Assembly (NCBI RefSeq): GCF_009914755.1
Contig: NC_060933.1
DNA from: the human T2T-CHM13v2.0 reference genome, Homo sapiens
Reading direction: 5' to 3' (one strand)
DNA: 64,000 nucleotides
Program-made: the position numbers and the translations under genes
In this document: positions 1-13,762 of the stretch, one piece after another
Layout: every line of letters begins with the position of its first letter
How positions within the stretch are numbered: the first letter of the stretch is position 1
The notes under the pieces: generated by a model
The model's input: the letters and a program-made list of their open reading frames with translations, nothing else
Database searches by the model: none
What the model was told of the DNA's origin: nothing

Positions 1-231
1 TGTAGCCCAGGCCGGACTGCGGACTGCAGTGGCGCAATCTCGGCTCACTGCAACCTCCACCTCCCTGGTTCAAGCTAGTCTCCTGCCTCAGCCTTCCAAA
101 TAGCTGGGATTACAGGCGTCCGCCACCATGCCCAGCTAATTTTTTGTATTTTTAGTAGAGACGAGGTTTCACTATGTTGGCCAGGCTGGTCTCAAATTCC
201 TGACCTCATGATCTGCCCATTTTGGCCTCCC
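1..231 (-). mobile_element. Chimeric Alu: AluYb8-type 3' end on an AluS (Sg/Sc-like) body, 5'-truncated; tail outside the window
   Basis: 1-53 contains gccggactgcggactgcagtggcgcaatctcgg (reverse complement of the Yb8/Yb9 7-bp insertion). From ~54 onward the diagnostics are AluS with decayed CpGs. Confidence 0.85.
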
Positions 232-311
232 AGGATATTTTTCAACATAAGATATGGCTGAATTTGTGGATGGCTTGGATATAGAGTATGTGGACAAAAA
301 AGAGAAGGGTC

Positions 312-709
<398 letters not shown>

Positions 710-933
710 CTAAGAATAGAGTTGAGGAGAAAAATTAGAAGCTGAATTTTGGATGTGTTATATAAAAATGCCTATCAGATAGCCAAGAGAAGGTGTAAGC
801 AGCTGGAGTTCAAGGGAAAAGTCCATGTCTGAGATTGCTATTTAATTCTGGGAGTTGTCAGAAGGTGTTAATAGACATGACATGACACTGGGTGCAATGA
901 AGGGAGTAAATATATTTAAAGAAAAGAAGCTCA

Positions 934-1274
<341 letters not shown>

Positions 1275-4200
1275 TTAACACTTTGGGGAGGTATGGAATA
1301 ACTGGCAAAGGAGACAGAAAGAAAAGCCAAGGAAGTAGCAGGAAATCAGGAAAACAGGGTTCCCTTCCCTGGAAGTCATATGAGGAAAATATATCAAAGA
1401 GAAGGCAGTGATTGTGTCAAACAGATCAAGAAAGAGGAGAACTGAGAATTAATCACATTTTTGGTCACTGATAACCATGACAAGAGCAGATTCAGAGGGG
1501 TGGTGGGAGTGGAAGCCTGATTGGAATGACTTCAGTGGAGAACTGACGACAACAAATTCAGCAACTTTTTAAAGGAATTTTGCTGTAAAGGGAAGAGGAA
1601 ATAGAGACCTAATGGGAGAACAGTATTAGTTCAAGAGGATGTTTTCCTACTCCCATCCACTAAGATAGGAGAAATAGCTACATGCTTCCACAATAAGGGG
1701 AAGATCAAGTAGAGAGGGGGAAATAATTCAGAATGGGAAGAAGAAAACTGATGGAATCGTGTCTTGAGTAGACGAAAGGGGATGGAATCTAGTGCATGGA
1801 TGCATGGTTTTGTTCTTGCTAGGAATCTGGAAAATGCACCCATGATAACAGGGGAGAAGGTAGCGTATACGGGTGAAGTTGTAGGTGGGTGAGATGTGGT
1901 GATAGCAGATTGCAGAATTTCTTCTCTGAGGCTTCATAATAGCAGTGTTTGTTATAGCAAAAACAAAAAAAAAGAGAAGAAAAAATTGGGAACAACCCAT
2001 GTGGTCCACCAACAGGAGTGGTTTGAATGCGAATGGTCATATTCTTTAGTTGGGCAATAGACTCTCCAGTGTTTATTTTATCATTACCTTACATATATTC
2101 TATATAATTAGATGCATAGGAAAGAATATATGTAATAATTATGTATAAGAGTTCTATTCTGGATAGAGGACTGGAATTGAGAGGTGATCAAAGGAAACCT
2201 GCATTATACCTATATTAATTACATATTTATATGTTATTTTAACTATTTACAAGAAAAATATTGATGCATTGCTTGCACAATATTTTTGGAAGCCTAAATT
2301 CTCTGGGTAGATGGAATTTGGGGCCATTTTCTTCAGTTTTTTAGCATGTTGCACATTTACTTCAGAGTCTAAGTATATTCATGACCAGAAAAATAAATTT
2401 TAAGTAACAACATATAAAATATTACAAGTATATAAAAAATAAAAGAATATGTCATCATTGTTGCATGCAGATGGTAGGGTTATGTGGGGTTTTTTCTTCT
2501 TCTAGTTTCTTATAGCACCTTCAGTTTGGCAGGGGGAGTAGGATGAGCAATGAGCATGTATTGATTACATAATTGGGAATTTTTAAAAACAAAAAAAGAA
2601 AAGACTACCGGAGCCTTCTGTTTTAGCATTCTCAGTACCTAAGACTTGAATTTTGCTTTTAACTGAATTCTAACCTCTTAAGAAAACACCACTTGATTTC
2701 TTCAGGAGGTCATTGGCTTTGACTTTACTGTTATGTATGATACACTAAATAGATGACCATGGGTTAAACATACTTGAATTTCATTTACAGTATTGGGATA
2801 ACTCCCCCGCCTCAGCCCTTTTTGGCTATCAGTAGGCTGCCTACCATTCCCCTGGAATCGACTTTGAGCCAGCTGGTCAGCATATCAAGGGCTGTCACTC
2901 TACAACCCAGCAGGACTGAAAGTGGTCAAGTCTGTTCTATGTCTAAAAAGTGGAGATGCTAGCATTTCTGCAACCCTATCAGGAAGAAGGCCTAAATGGA
3001 GCAGACAGATCCCCTGCCAGTTTAGCAGACTCTGTAACTAAGGCCTCCTCTGTTCCCAGGACTTCTCTTTCCCAATCCTACTCCCGACCCAGGCCCCCCT
3101 CTGAGCACCAGTGCCCCAGTTTCTAGGTGAGAAGGTATGTTCTTTGTTCTTGTGCCTTTTGGATAGAATTCTCGTAATGATCAAGCACTGATTCTTATAC
3201 TGGGATCAACTCTGCTCTAACACATTCTCTTGCCTCATTTTCCCCATTCTGAATTCCCCTTGAGTCTCTATACTTGGCTTGGCACTGATTCTGCTTTGGC
3301 ACAGTCTGAACTTGACCTCAGAGAACAATGTCAGAGGCCTCTTACCCTCCACCCCTGATCTCTTACTTCCCCATGTCCCTTTAAGTTTTCCGTAGATCTT
3401 GCCTTCCTCCTGCATCCTAGCTTGCTACTGCCTTGCTATATGGCCTGCTGCTCAGTGATGGCCCACCTATACACCCTAACGTCTGCAGGGGCCAATTTCA
3501 GCAGACATCATGTGCCTGCATTGTAAACTGCACTGCTGATGGTCCCTACTGAAATTTCTCCTAAAAACTAGCCACACTCATGAAAGCTGCAAAATATATG
3601 ACAGTTTCCATTTGGAATTTCTAAGGAACTTGGAAAACCAAGATTTCTTCAAGACAAAGGATCCAAAATTCACTTGAATAATGGGAAGAGGGGTATTGGA
3701 AAGGAAAAGTTAATATTGGTTCGGCAACCACTGTGTGCCATATATTTACCTACCCTAGTCACAACTCAATGAATTAAGAATTATCACTAGAGATAAAGAA
3801 TCCAACACTCAGGAAAGTTTAATAACTTTCTCACAATAGCCAAGTGGTAGCAAGTGGTAGAACTAGTATTTGAACCAGGTCTTTCTGCTTTCAAAGTTAA
3901 TACTCTTTTCCTCACATCATGATGACGTCCAAATTTCCAACATACCTAAGAACTACGAAAGCACTTCCAAATCTTTACCTAGCTCTAAATAATCCTTGCA
4001 TACATACAAATGTTTTTCACTAATTTAAAAAGTGTGTGCGTCTAAAGATACAAAATCTAAGAAAAGGTAATACTAGGGTATTGTGATATAAGGGCTTTTG
4101 CATGTCCTGTTTTGTCTTTTTATGTCACCAACAAAATTTTGCAAAAACACACCATGTAATAAGAGTTTTGAAGGCCTTTTGTTTAGTTACAGGCAACAAT

Positions 4201-4356
4201 CAACTGGGAAATCCCCACTGGAGTTTGAATGCTGAATTCTGAAGGCTAAGTTCAACAAGGCTACCACTCTAGAGAATCCTTTCTAGTCACTCACCAACCA
4301 AGAAAAGATAACTTGAGTGCAGCTACGCTGCTGAGTCATCTATAAAGCCTCATTAA

Positions 4357-4382
4357 ACACACACACACACACACACACACAC
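4357..4382. repeat. (AC)13 microsatellite
   Basis: Direct read. Confidence 0.95.
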
Positions 4383-4495
4383 TGGCATCATACAAATTTG
4401 CTTTGAGCTTTTTAAGAAATTCTGATAATTTTTAAATGTTGTTAGGGACAAGCTGTACTCCCTAAAGATTATAATTTAATGAAAAATCTTGGAGG

Positions 4496-4894
<399 letters not shown>

Positions 4895-4896
4895 TG

Positions 4897-5000
4897 ATAA
4901 GTTAAATAGCTTGATTTAGCTATTCTACAATATATACATGTATCAAAACCTCATGCTACACAGTATAAATATATACAGTTTTTGTCAATTAAAAAATATA
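4897..5000 (+). mobile_element. L1MA-like 3' end fragment
   Basis: tagcttgatttagctattctacaatatatacatgtatcaaaac...tttgtcaattaaaaaa resembles an old L1 3' terminus. Confidence 0.65.
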
Positions 5001-5004
5001 TAGA

Positions 5005-5300
5005 GGCCAGGTGCGGTGGCTCACACCTGTAATCCCAGCACTTTGGGAGGCTGAGGCGAGTGGATCACCTGAGGTCAGGAGTTCAAAACCAGCCTGGCCA
5101 ACATGGTGAAACCTTGTTTGTACTAAAAATACAAAAATTAGCCAGGCGTGGTGGCGGGTGCCTATAATCACAGCTACTCAGAGAGGCTGAGGCAGGAGAA
5201 TAGCTTGAACCCAGGAGGCAGATGTTGCAGTGAGCCAAGATCACGCCACTGCACTCCAGCCTGGAGGACAGAAGGAGGCTCCATCTCAAAATAATAATAA
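5005..5300 (+). mobile_element. AluSx-like, followed by a (TA)n tract at ~5308-5358
   Basis: Full Alu dimer; aattaaaaaatatata is duplicated on both sides and the 3' copy has expanded into a TA microsatellite. Confidence 0.9.
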
Positions 5301-6179
5301 ATTAAAAAATATATATATATATATATGTATATATGTATATATATATATATATATATATAAATTCAACAAAGCAATGTCTTTCAAGTCCACTGCTACTGTG
5401 ACATCCTACCTACTGCAAACCTAAAGCATAACTACCATGTGCACAGTTGATGGGGGCAGTCATTCAACACCCTGGCTCTCAGGGGCTTCAATGACCTCAT
5501 CATTCTGACCTCCTTCTTTACTGTATCCCAGCCACATTCTTTAGTCTCCCCTTAACCTTCCCATTACCAAACCCGCCCTGCCTCTAAAATCACTAATTAA
5601 GACTTCCCAAATCTGAAACTAGTTTCTTATCCTTGGTGTTCATTCATCTTACGGCTCCTTTTCTACCTGTTCTTAACCCTTATCACTAATGGTCTCTTCA
5701 TTTTCCTCAAGTATGAGACTCTCCTTTCTTCACCACTGGCTTATCCAGCTCAGTTCTATGGTCCATCATATCCAGACCATAAAGGCATGTGTCTCTTTTC
5801 CTTTCATCCCTGATGCATGGAAATGCCTTATTCTTGAATGAATGCAACTATTTACCTTCTCTGTGCCTCCATTAGGCTAATATGCATAGCTAGGGAAAAA
5901 TTCCACACAAACATATTATACCTCTAGGAATTCTACATTTATAAAATCTACAACATCAACTAAGTCTTCAACACTGTCCAGCCTTTTCCACTAGTTGGCC
6001 TACATGACTATTCCATATCTACTCAAATCTTTAATCTTCATACTCTCTCTTCCTCACCCTCAGTATCTGATCTTACCACCTACTTCATCAAGAAAACAGA
6101 AGTTTAGACAGGAGTTACCTCAACTTTCCAACAACACATTCATTCATTCAATACATATTTACATATTCATTAAACACTT

Positions 6180-6405
6180 TTGGAAGTCTGGGCTCTGGAA
6201 CCAGATCACCAGTGTTCTTACTCTAGCTCTGTCCCTTGGGTAAATTATTTAACCTCTTTGTGCTCCTGTTCATTCATTTCTAAACTGGAGATAACAGTAG
6301 TACCAACTTCACAGGGTTGTGATGGAGATTTAAAAAGACAAGTATATGGAGCATTTAGAATAGTGCCTGGCACAGAGTAAACATGCCATAAGCATTAGTT
6401 GTTAC
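6180..6405 (+). mobile_element. MIR
   Basis: Core ccttgggtaaattatttaacctct...ctggagataacagtagtacc...gggttgtgatggagattta...gtgcctggcacagagtaa. Confidence 0.75.
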
Positions 6406-6689
6406 CACCACCATGACGACAATGACATAGACCAGGCACCAGATGTACATATGGAAATCTGTAGCCACTGGTTCCTCCTCCCTGCTTCTGTTATAACAGT
6501 GGAAATGTTGGCTTCTTTTAACTGGGTTTAGGAGAGAAATTAATTAATTAACAAAACAGGCTAATGTGAAAAGACTTAAGTAACTAGCCCAAGGTGAAAA
6601 GGATATTAAAATGTAGAGCTGGCATTAGAAATCAAGTTCAACTCTGTAACTACAACATTCTGCCTTCGATATTTCCAACAGATTTAATC

Positions 6690-7260
6690 TGGCAGAAAGT
6701 TCTACCTAAATACCTCAGCTCCTGCTACAGAAGCAAAGCTCAGGTTGGACAAAGGCGAATGTCCCCCAAAGTACAAATGGGCCTTTAAAGGTCTGAAACT
6801 ACAAGTATGCATAAAACACTCTAAATGATGGAAAAGGGAGTACTGAACTCCTAAGGTAGTCAGGGAAAACTTCACCGCCTATACGATGCCAACGAGAATA
6901 TTTTGAAGAGAAGTATGCAGAAAATCCCTGACCGAGAGTTAACAAGGGGCAGAGAATGCCTTGATGGTGAGAAAAAGTTATAGCTGCTACCAGCAGGAAA
7001 TCTCTTGGACATGACAAAAACTGTTTAATAAAAAAGGAGAACATATTAAAACTATTTGGCATGTGGGCCCAAATCAAACGGTACAGCATGAAAGTCTGGA
7101 GATCACCTGAGGACTAAAAGCAGAGTCCCTTCAAGTAGGGAGTTAGAGTTCCAACAGCTGTCAAGGAATCTCGATCCTTCAAATACTATTAAAGAGGTAA
7201 TATAAAAGAACTTTAAGGAGTAACTGTGGATGTGGCAGATAAGAGATTTCACTATGTTCA
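6690..7260 (+). mobile_element. Possible ancient RTE-class LINE fossil (L4/RTE-X-like), post-RT C-terminal region
   Basis: Frameshifted remnants occur in the expected order: KYLSS..AQ(L)DK, AFKGLKLQV, LF/GHV-like, VADKR. By-eye similarity only. Confidence 0.4.
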
Positions 7261-8111
7261 GAACACCTGGAATCACTTAAGAGACATCTGTTATCATCTG
7301 GGAATCAGAGATTAGAGCACAGGACCACTGGTTAGGTCAATTCAGAATAGCATTTCCATGTCTCCACAGCAACTGCTCATAGGAGTGGGACCACGGGACT
7401 TTGGGCTTTTCATCATACCTTTCCACATACTCCTTATGATGGCACTGAAACCTACACAGTTTTCCACAAGTTGGGGTAAATAACAATGAATACATTTTAA
7501 AATAAAGACAATTAGAAAAAAAAAACTAGACTCTCCTGAAATTCACACTATGTTGATAATTCTTAGATACATTATCATATTTAATTTTGACAATAAGAAT
7601 ATTATTACTAATAACATTATTGTCACTATTCCATCAACAGAAACACTGAAATTCAGAGGTGAAATATCTTTCCCAAGGTCATATAGTTTATGAAAGACGG
7701 GGCTGAGATTTGACTCTAGATCTGTCTGACTTTGCCACTATACCTTTACATATGGAGAGAAGAGTTAAAAAAAAATCACAAATTATGCCATGATGCCCCT
7801 TATAAGAGCCATCTAAAAATTGGAATTTACTTTTAACAGTACTTAAAAATTAGTGTGTACAGTTAGAAGCATGCTTGCCTAGCAAGTATATTAGAATTGA
7901 TTGAGTAAAGGAAAGACAAAGCAGTGGCATTTTATGCTCGAGAAAGGATCGGCAGTTTTATCAGAACACTCCAAAGAAATCACTCTGGTGGGCTGGGACT
8001 AGCGTCCTCTCACATTGCAGCTAACCCTGTTTCAGCCACAGATACCAGCCCCAGCAGTGGGGAATGCTGTCTGTGCAGGTAGCTCCTGCCAGGCGACCTT
8101 GTCTACCATCA

Positions 8112-8446
<335 letters not shown>

Positions 8447-8719
8447 CTACTCTCAGAGTCAGCCCTACTGTAAGAGAACCAGAAGTGCTCTAGCATGAGA
8501 AAAACAGCACAGTTTCACATACATTCACGTGCCTTTAAATGATCATAACTATAAAACAATGGAGGAAGTGGGGGAACAGACAAATTGAAAATTGATTCCA
8601 TCCTAGGTTCTTTCTCTGAGTCCACAGGTTGGTTGCTAGGAATATATTTCTCCACAGTCAGGTTTCATTGGCTTCTTAAAAATTATTTTTCAGTAACTTC
8701 TAAAATATGTTTTGTTTAC

Positions 8720-9031
8720 GTCCAGGCACAGTGGCTCATGCCTGTAATCCCAGCACTTTGGGAGGCTGAGGCAGGCAAATCACCTGAGGTCAGGAGTTCG
8801 AGACCAGCCTGGCCAACATGGCGAAACCCCATCTCTACTAAAAAATAAAAAAATTAGCCAGGCATGGTGGCGGGCACCTGTAATCCCAGCTACTTAGGAG
8901 GCTGAGAGAGGGAGAATTGCTTGAACCTGGGAGGTGGAGGTTGCAGTGAGCCAAGATCGCGCCACTGCACTTCAGCCTGGGTGACAGAGACTCTGTCTCC
9001 AAAAAAAATAATAATAATAATAAAAAATAAA
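8720..9031 (+). mobile_element. AluSx-like
   Basis: Full dimer; TSD atgttttgtttac. Confidence 0.9.
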
Positions 9032-9488
9032 TGTTTTGTTTACAACTTAACTTTTCTGGATTAGCAAGACAAATGAGAATACTCAATTCTTGCAAAAAAT
9101 AACTGTGATTTATAGACTCTGGGTTGGCAGTATATCCCACTGGCACGAGGTTCTAAAATTCACTCACATAAAAAGAGCCTTGGTCAGATCATCTTATCAG
9201 AGACTGTGAGCTGCCTGAAGACAGAAAGTACAACTCTCATTCATTCACTGACTCATATAAAACTTCCTTTCTTCATTCATTCACCCACATCAATGACTGA
9301 ACAAAGGAGACACTTAACACAGGCTTCATTAATGAATGAGTGAGTAAAGTTATTTAGCAAACTACCTAGAGCTAGTTTGCAGCTGTTAAGCAGCAACTAA
9401 ACTAAATCTAACCTAAAGTACTCAGACTCCAGGATCATCAACTATATGTCTAGAGCTCAGAGAAATTAATGCTATAGGCACTGGATCT

Positions 9489-9794
9489 GTTTTTTATTGT
9501 TGCTTTTTGTTTTTTTGTTTTTGAGACAGGATATCACTCCCATGGCCCAGCATGGAGTGTGGTGGTACAACCTCCGCTCACTGCAGCCTTGACTCCAGTG
9601 ATCCTCTCAACTCAGCCTACTGAGTAGCTGGGACGAGAGGCGGCGCCACCATGCCCAACTAATTTTTGTATTTTTAATAGAGATGGGGTTTTGCCATGTT
9701 GCCCAGGGTGGTCTCAAACTCCTGGCCTCAAGCGATCCCCCCACCTCAGCCTCCCAAAGTGCTGGGATTACAGGTATGAGCCACCACACCCGGG
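9489..9794 (-). mobile_element. AluJ
   Basis: cactgcagccttgactcc and ggcctcaagcgatcc J diagnostics; TSD taggcactggatct. Confidence 0.88.
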
Positions 9795-12142
9795 TAGGCA
9801 CTGGATCTTAAAGCCACAACAAATGCCCTTTAACAGCATGACTTGTGCTGCTCTGGAGCACTCCAGGGAGCAGCCTCTTTTAGGATACATGTGATCTTGG
9901 CTACTACCAAAAGATGGCAAGAAAAGTAAATTTTCACCTGTTCCTTTCACAAAGATACTGTAAGCAATTCTAGGGAGTGGTAGAAAGGCACAGCATAAGA
10001 ACAAGGGAAATTATTTTCCCTGCAATCATTGTTTTTCAGTTAGCATCTTCACAGATCTCTACTCCTGGGTCAAATTAGATCTGATCAAGTAGAGAGTAGA
10101 CCCATGCATAACACTTACCTTCAAAGAGGAAAGAACACTTAGGATGCCCATTTGCTTTTAAAAGTTCCCATATAGTAACAGTATTAAGCTCTCATTTTCA
10201 GCATTAGCTAAAAGAGTGTTCAAAGCTTTAAAAGGACGAAGGAGGGGGGAACCAAGGGAGCCTGCAGAGCCATCACAGCTGCCTTGAAAGCTGGAAGACC
10301 GCTGTAGTCACAGTCCATCAGTTTCATGCCTGTGGTTTCCTTTCATTCTCAGAGTCAATTTAAATTACTAATAATCAGGAAACCTACATGACAAGACATC
10401 CATTAAAGACAACTACTAATAAAATAAAACTAAATATCAAATCGGATCATGGTACGGCTGGCTCCTGGGTTATAATTTAAGCTTGCAAAAAGTACAAACG
10501 AATGCAGTGGAGGTACTGCTCTGAAGAACAAAATTAATTGCCTTTGTGACTTCTCCTAACTCACAAAACTCCTTCAGGGAAGTTACTGCTTTTTTAACAA
10601 ACAGTAGCCACTTTAAATCCCAGATGCTGTGAGTATCACGTACATGCTTGACGGGGCAGAGGCAAGGGGAGTAAATTTTTATTTAAACTCCTCAATAAAC
10701 AATGCCAACATTTTTAGCAGGGCCCACCTTACTATAACCACATGAACCGTTAAGTGCAAATGACTAATCTAGTTTTTAAGTTTGATACTAATAACTTGGA
10801 CTAGTTAATTGTGGTTACTTTTTACTTTTCCTTTTGCCTTCTAAAGTTACCACCCAAAATATACTGAGAAATAGTAAATACATAGTCACACCGCGCCTAG
10901 GAAACTTAGCAGTATTACATATAAAATTTATTTGAGAGACCCGGTGGCCAGGCAACCCAGATACTACTATCAGATCTGGTCAGATAGTTGGCAAGTGACA
11001 GCCTCTCTGGGCGTCATTAGTAAACTGAGGGACAAAGAGGATCTGACACTAAGCTTGACTGTAAAATCATGAGAGTGGAGAGGTTCTTGATCACCACTGC
11101 AGTCCTGTTTGTTGAAAGAATGAATGGGGTCTATACCATGGGCCATGCCTTAACTAGGAGATACGTATAATGTATGTGACTCATTTAATCCTTATAACAA
11201 TACTCTGAAGGGGAATGATTATCCCCACTTTACAGATAAGGAAAGAGAGATAAAAAAGAAAGGCAACTGTACAAGATTACACAGTTACTGGGTAGAGTAA
11301 GGATTCCAACCTAGGTTTGTCTGATGCCAAAACCTAACGTACTTCCTGTTTTCTTCCACTAAGAGAAAAATTAATATTTCTGAGAAATGGAATTATTCTA
11401 ATTATACTACACAAGTCTCAAATCATTTTAGCTCATTATAGAAAAGAGGATATACCTCCAGTTTAAATTCCTAAGCCCTATTTTAATGTAAGGCTTTTAT
11501 ATCTTGTTCACATTTATGTAACCTAGTGGGCAGAGCATCATAGGAGCCCTTGACAGTCTCCCAGAGGTTGCCCTGTGTCCACTGCATTTCCTCACAGACT
11601 TTGCCAGAGTACACAGTTTGTTCCCTACCACTCTAATCAGTTGCTGAAATGCTAAACAGTGTGTAGTTGGAATAGCCCCCTATCCCTCCAGCATGCATGG
11701 TCCAAATTTTTGCAAAGGAGCTACAAAGGCAATTTTGGAAACATACAACTCTTAACAACTCTCCCATCTGGTTTTCACACCAGCTCCTTCCTCCATAAGC
11801 CCACAGAAGTCACAGTCAGCTCCTGTTTTCTGGGAAACTAGCTGTCTTTTCATCTTGCTGGGTGTATGTTATGTCTGTCTGTCAGCAAATTGGGAAATGG
11901 CCTCCATCCTGACAGATACATTTTGTAAAGCCTTAAAAGCACATACACTAATGTGAAGAAAAAAAGAACTTTTTCTATTTTGGACTCTGGCTATTTGCTC
12001 TTTATAGCTGAAGTGTCAAGGGAATGGGATTTCCCAGGTAGACGTACTAATGTAAAATGCATTAGTGTTAAGGTGGGGGCTCCCAATCCACCCAGGGCCA
12101 AAGGGTTAATACAAAATGACAGAATTTAATGACTGCTATTAT

Positions 12143-12157
12143 GGTTGCCAAGCAACC
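12143..12157. promoter_or_regulatory. RFX X-box palindrome in unique sequence
   Basis: ggttgccaagcaacc: perfect 6-bp inverted arms, fits GTNRCC-N-RGYAAC. Motif only, function untested. Confidence 0.45.
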
Positions 12158-12660
12158 AAAAGAAGGTGTGCCATAAAGGCCTAATTAATGAATGAGGTAG
12201 CAAGAGTTTCTGTTAAGTTGGTAAGCAGTTCACAGTTCACCATTGCCTAGCTTTGCCCAGATGGTAATACTCTTAAGCTTTCTTAGCTCCACTGAGCAGC
12301 AGCAAAATAATGTGATTATAGTTGCAGCTCTGGCTAAAGTTCTGACATCCTTTCCATACTCAGTGAAATTTCTTAAGTCAGTTGAAACAACAGCCTCCTG
12401 TAGATTCACAGTGAGGATTGTATGCTTGCATTTTGTTACTCATATGAGATCCAGGTCCAGAAGAACACTGGAACGATTCTCTTCTGGACTCTCTTGGCTG
12501 CAGGAACATTAAGACTCATCAAAATTTGGGACTCAAACTGAACTGCCATTGGAACTACAGACTCTGTTGGGACAATGTTCTTTTCAAAGGCAAGCCCAGA
12601 CAACAGTAACAAAGGACTACACCCAGAGTGTCCACAACTTGCTAAGCTCTGTACAAGTGG

Positions 12661-13024
12661 TAATATGGTTTGGCTGTGTCCTCACCCAAATCTCATTTTG
12701 AAATGTAGCTCCCATAATTCCCACATGTTGTGGGATGGACCCGGTGGGAGATAACTGAATCACAGGGGCAGTTTCCCCCATACTGTTCTCGTGGTAGTGA
12801 ATAAGTCTCACGAGATCTGACAGTTTTATAAGGGGAAACCCCTTTTGCTTGGTTCTCATTCTCTCTCTTGCCTGCCGCCATGTAAGAAGTGCCTTTGACC
12901 TTCCACCATGATTGTGAGGCCTCCCCAGGCATGAGGAACTGTGAGTCCATTAAACCTCTTTTTCTTTAAAAATTACCCAGTCTCAGGTATGTCCTTATAG
13001 GCAGTGTGAAAATAGACTAACACA
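12661..13024 (+). mobile_element. THE1 (C/D-like) MaLR solo LTR
   Basis: t(a)atatggtttggctgtgtcc...attaaacctctttt...gactaacaca; gtgg duplicated at both ends. Confidence 0.92.
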
Positions 13025-13397
13025 GTGGTTAACGTTATCCCAAGTTTTCGTAGCCCTGTAAGGTAGGAATTACGACTCCCATTTGATAAGCTAAGGCTCA
13101 GAGGTACCTTGCTCAGTATCACAAACACTGCTAATGTGCAGCTGAGCCAGGATTCAAACCCTGTTCTGACACCTGAGACTATCCTCTCCCCATTGCATTA
13201 TGGCTGCCACTGCCGTGGATGACAATCACGAAGAGAACTGAACTGTCCGCCTGGGAGTGCTCTCTAGGTATCACACACAGAGCTGGCACTTAGACATCTA
13301 TTATCTTGTTTAATCATCATCCTTGCAACGACTGAGACTCTGCTGCTATTATTAATCCTCGTTTTAAAGAGAGTGAATACCAGGCTCAGTTAAATCG

Positions 13398-13762
13398 CAG
13401 ACTGAGTTGTCTTATCTGAAATGCCTGGGACCAGAAGTGTTAAAGGTTTTCAGATTTTTTTTTTTTAATTTTGAAGTATTTGCATATATAGAGCAAGATA
13501 ATCCTGAGGATGGGACCCAAGTCTAAACATCAAATTCATTTATGTTTCATATACACCTCATAACACATAGCCTGAAGGTACTTCTATAGAATATTTTTTA
13601 ATCATTTTGTGCAAGAAACAAAGTTTTGACTAAATTTTGATGGCAACCCATCACATAATGTCAGGTGTGGAATTTCCCACTTGTGGAGTCATGTCCCTCA
13701 AAAAGTTTCCAACTCTAGAACATTTCGGATTTTGAATTTTCAGATAAGGGATGCTCAACCTG
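13398..13762. mobile_element. Tigger4/Zombi-type (MER46-like) non-autonomous DNA transposon, inserted in a MIR
   Basis: Termini cagactgagttgtcttatctgaaatgcctgggaccagaag ... cagataagggatgctcaacctg|ta. Confidence 0.8.

Noticed and set aside
10943-10957. Second X-box-like motif ggtggccaggcaacc
   Set aside because: Lies in what looks like a decayed L2 3' end (atttatttgag...gccaggca); probably coincidental.
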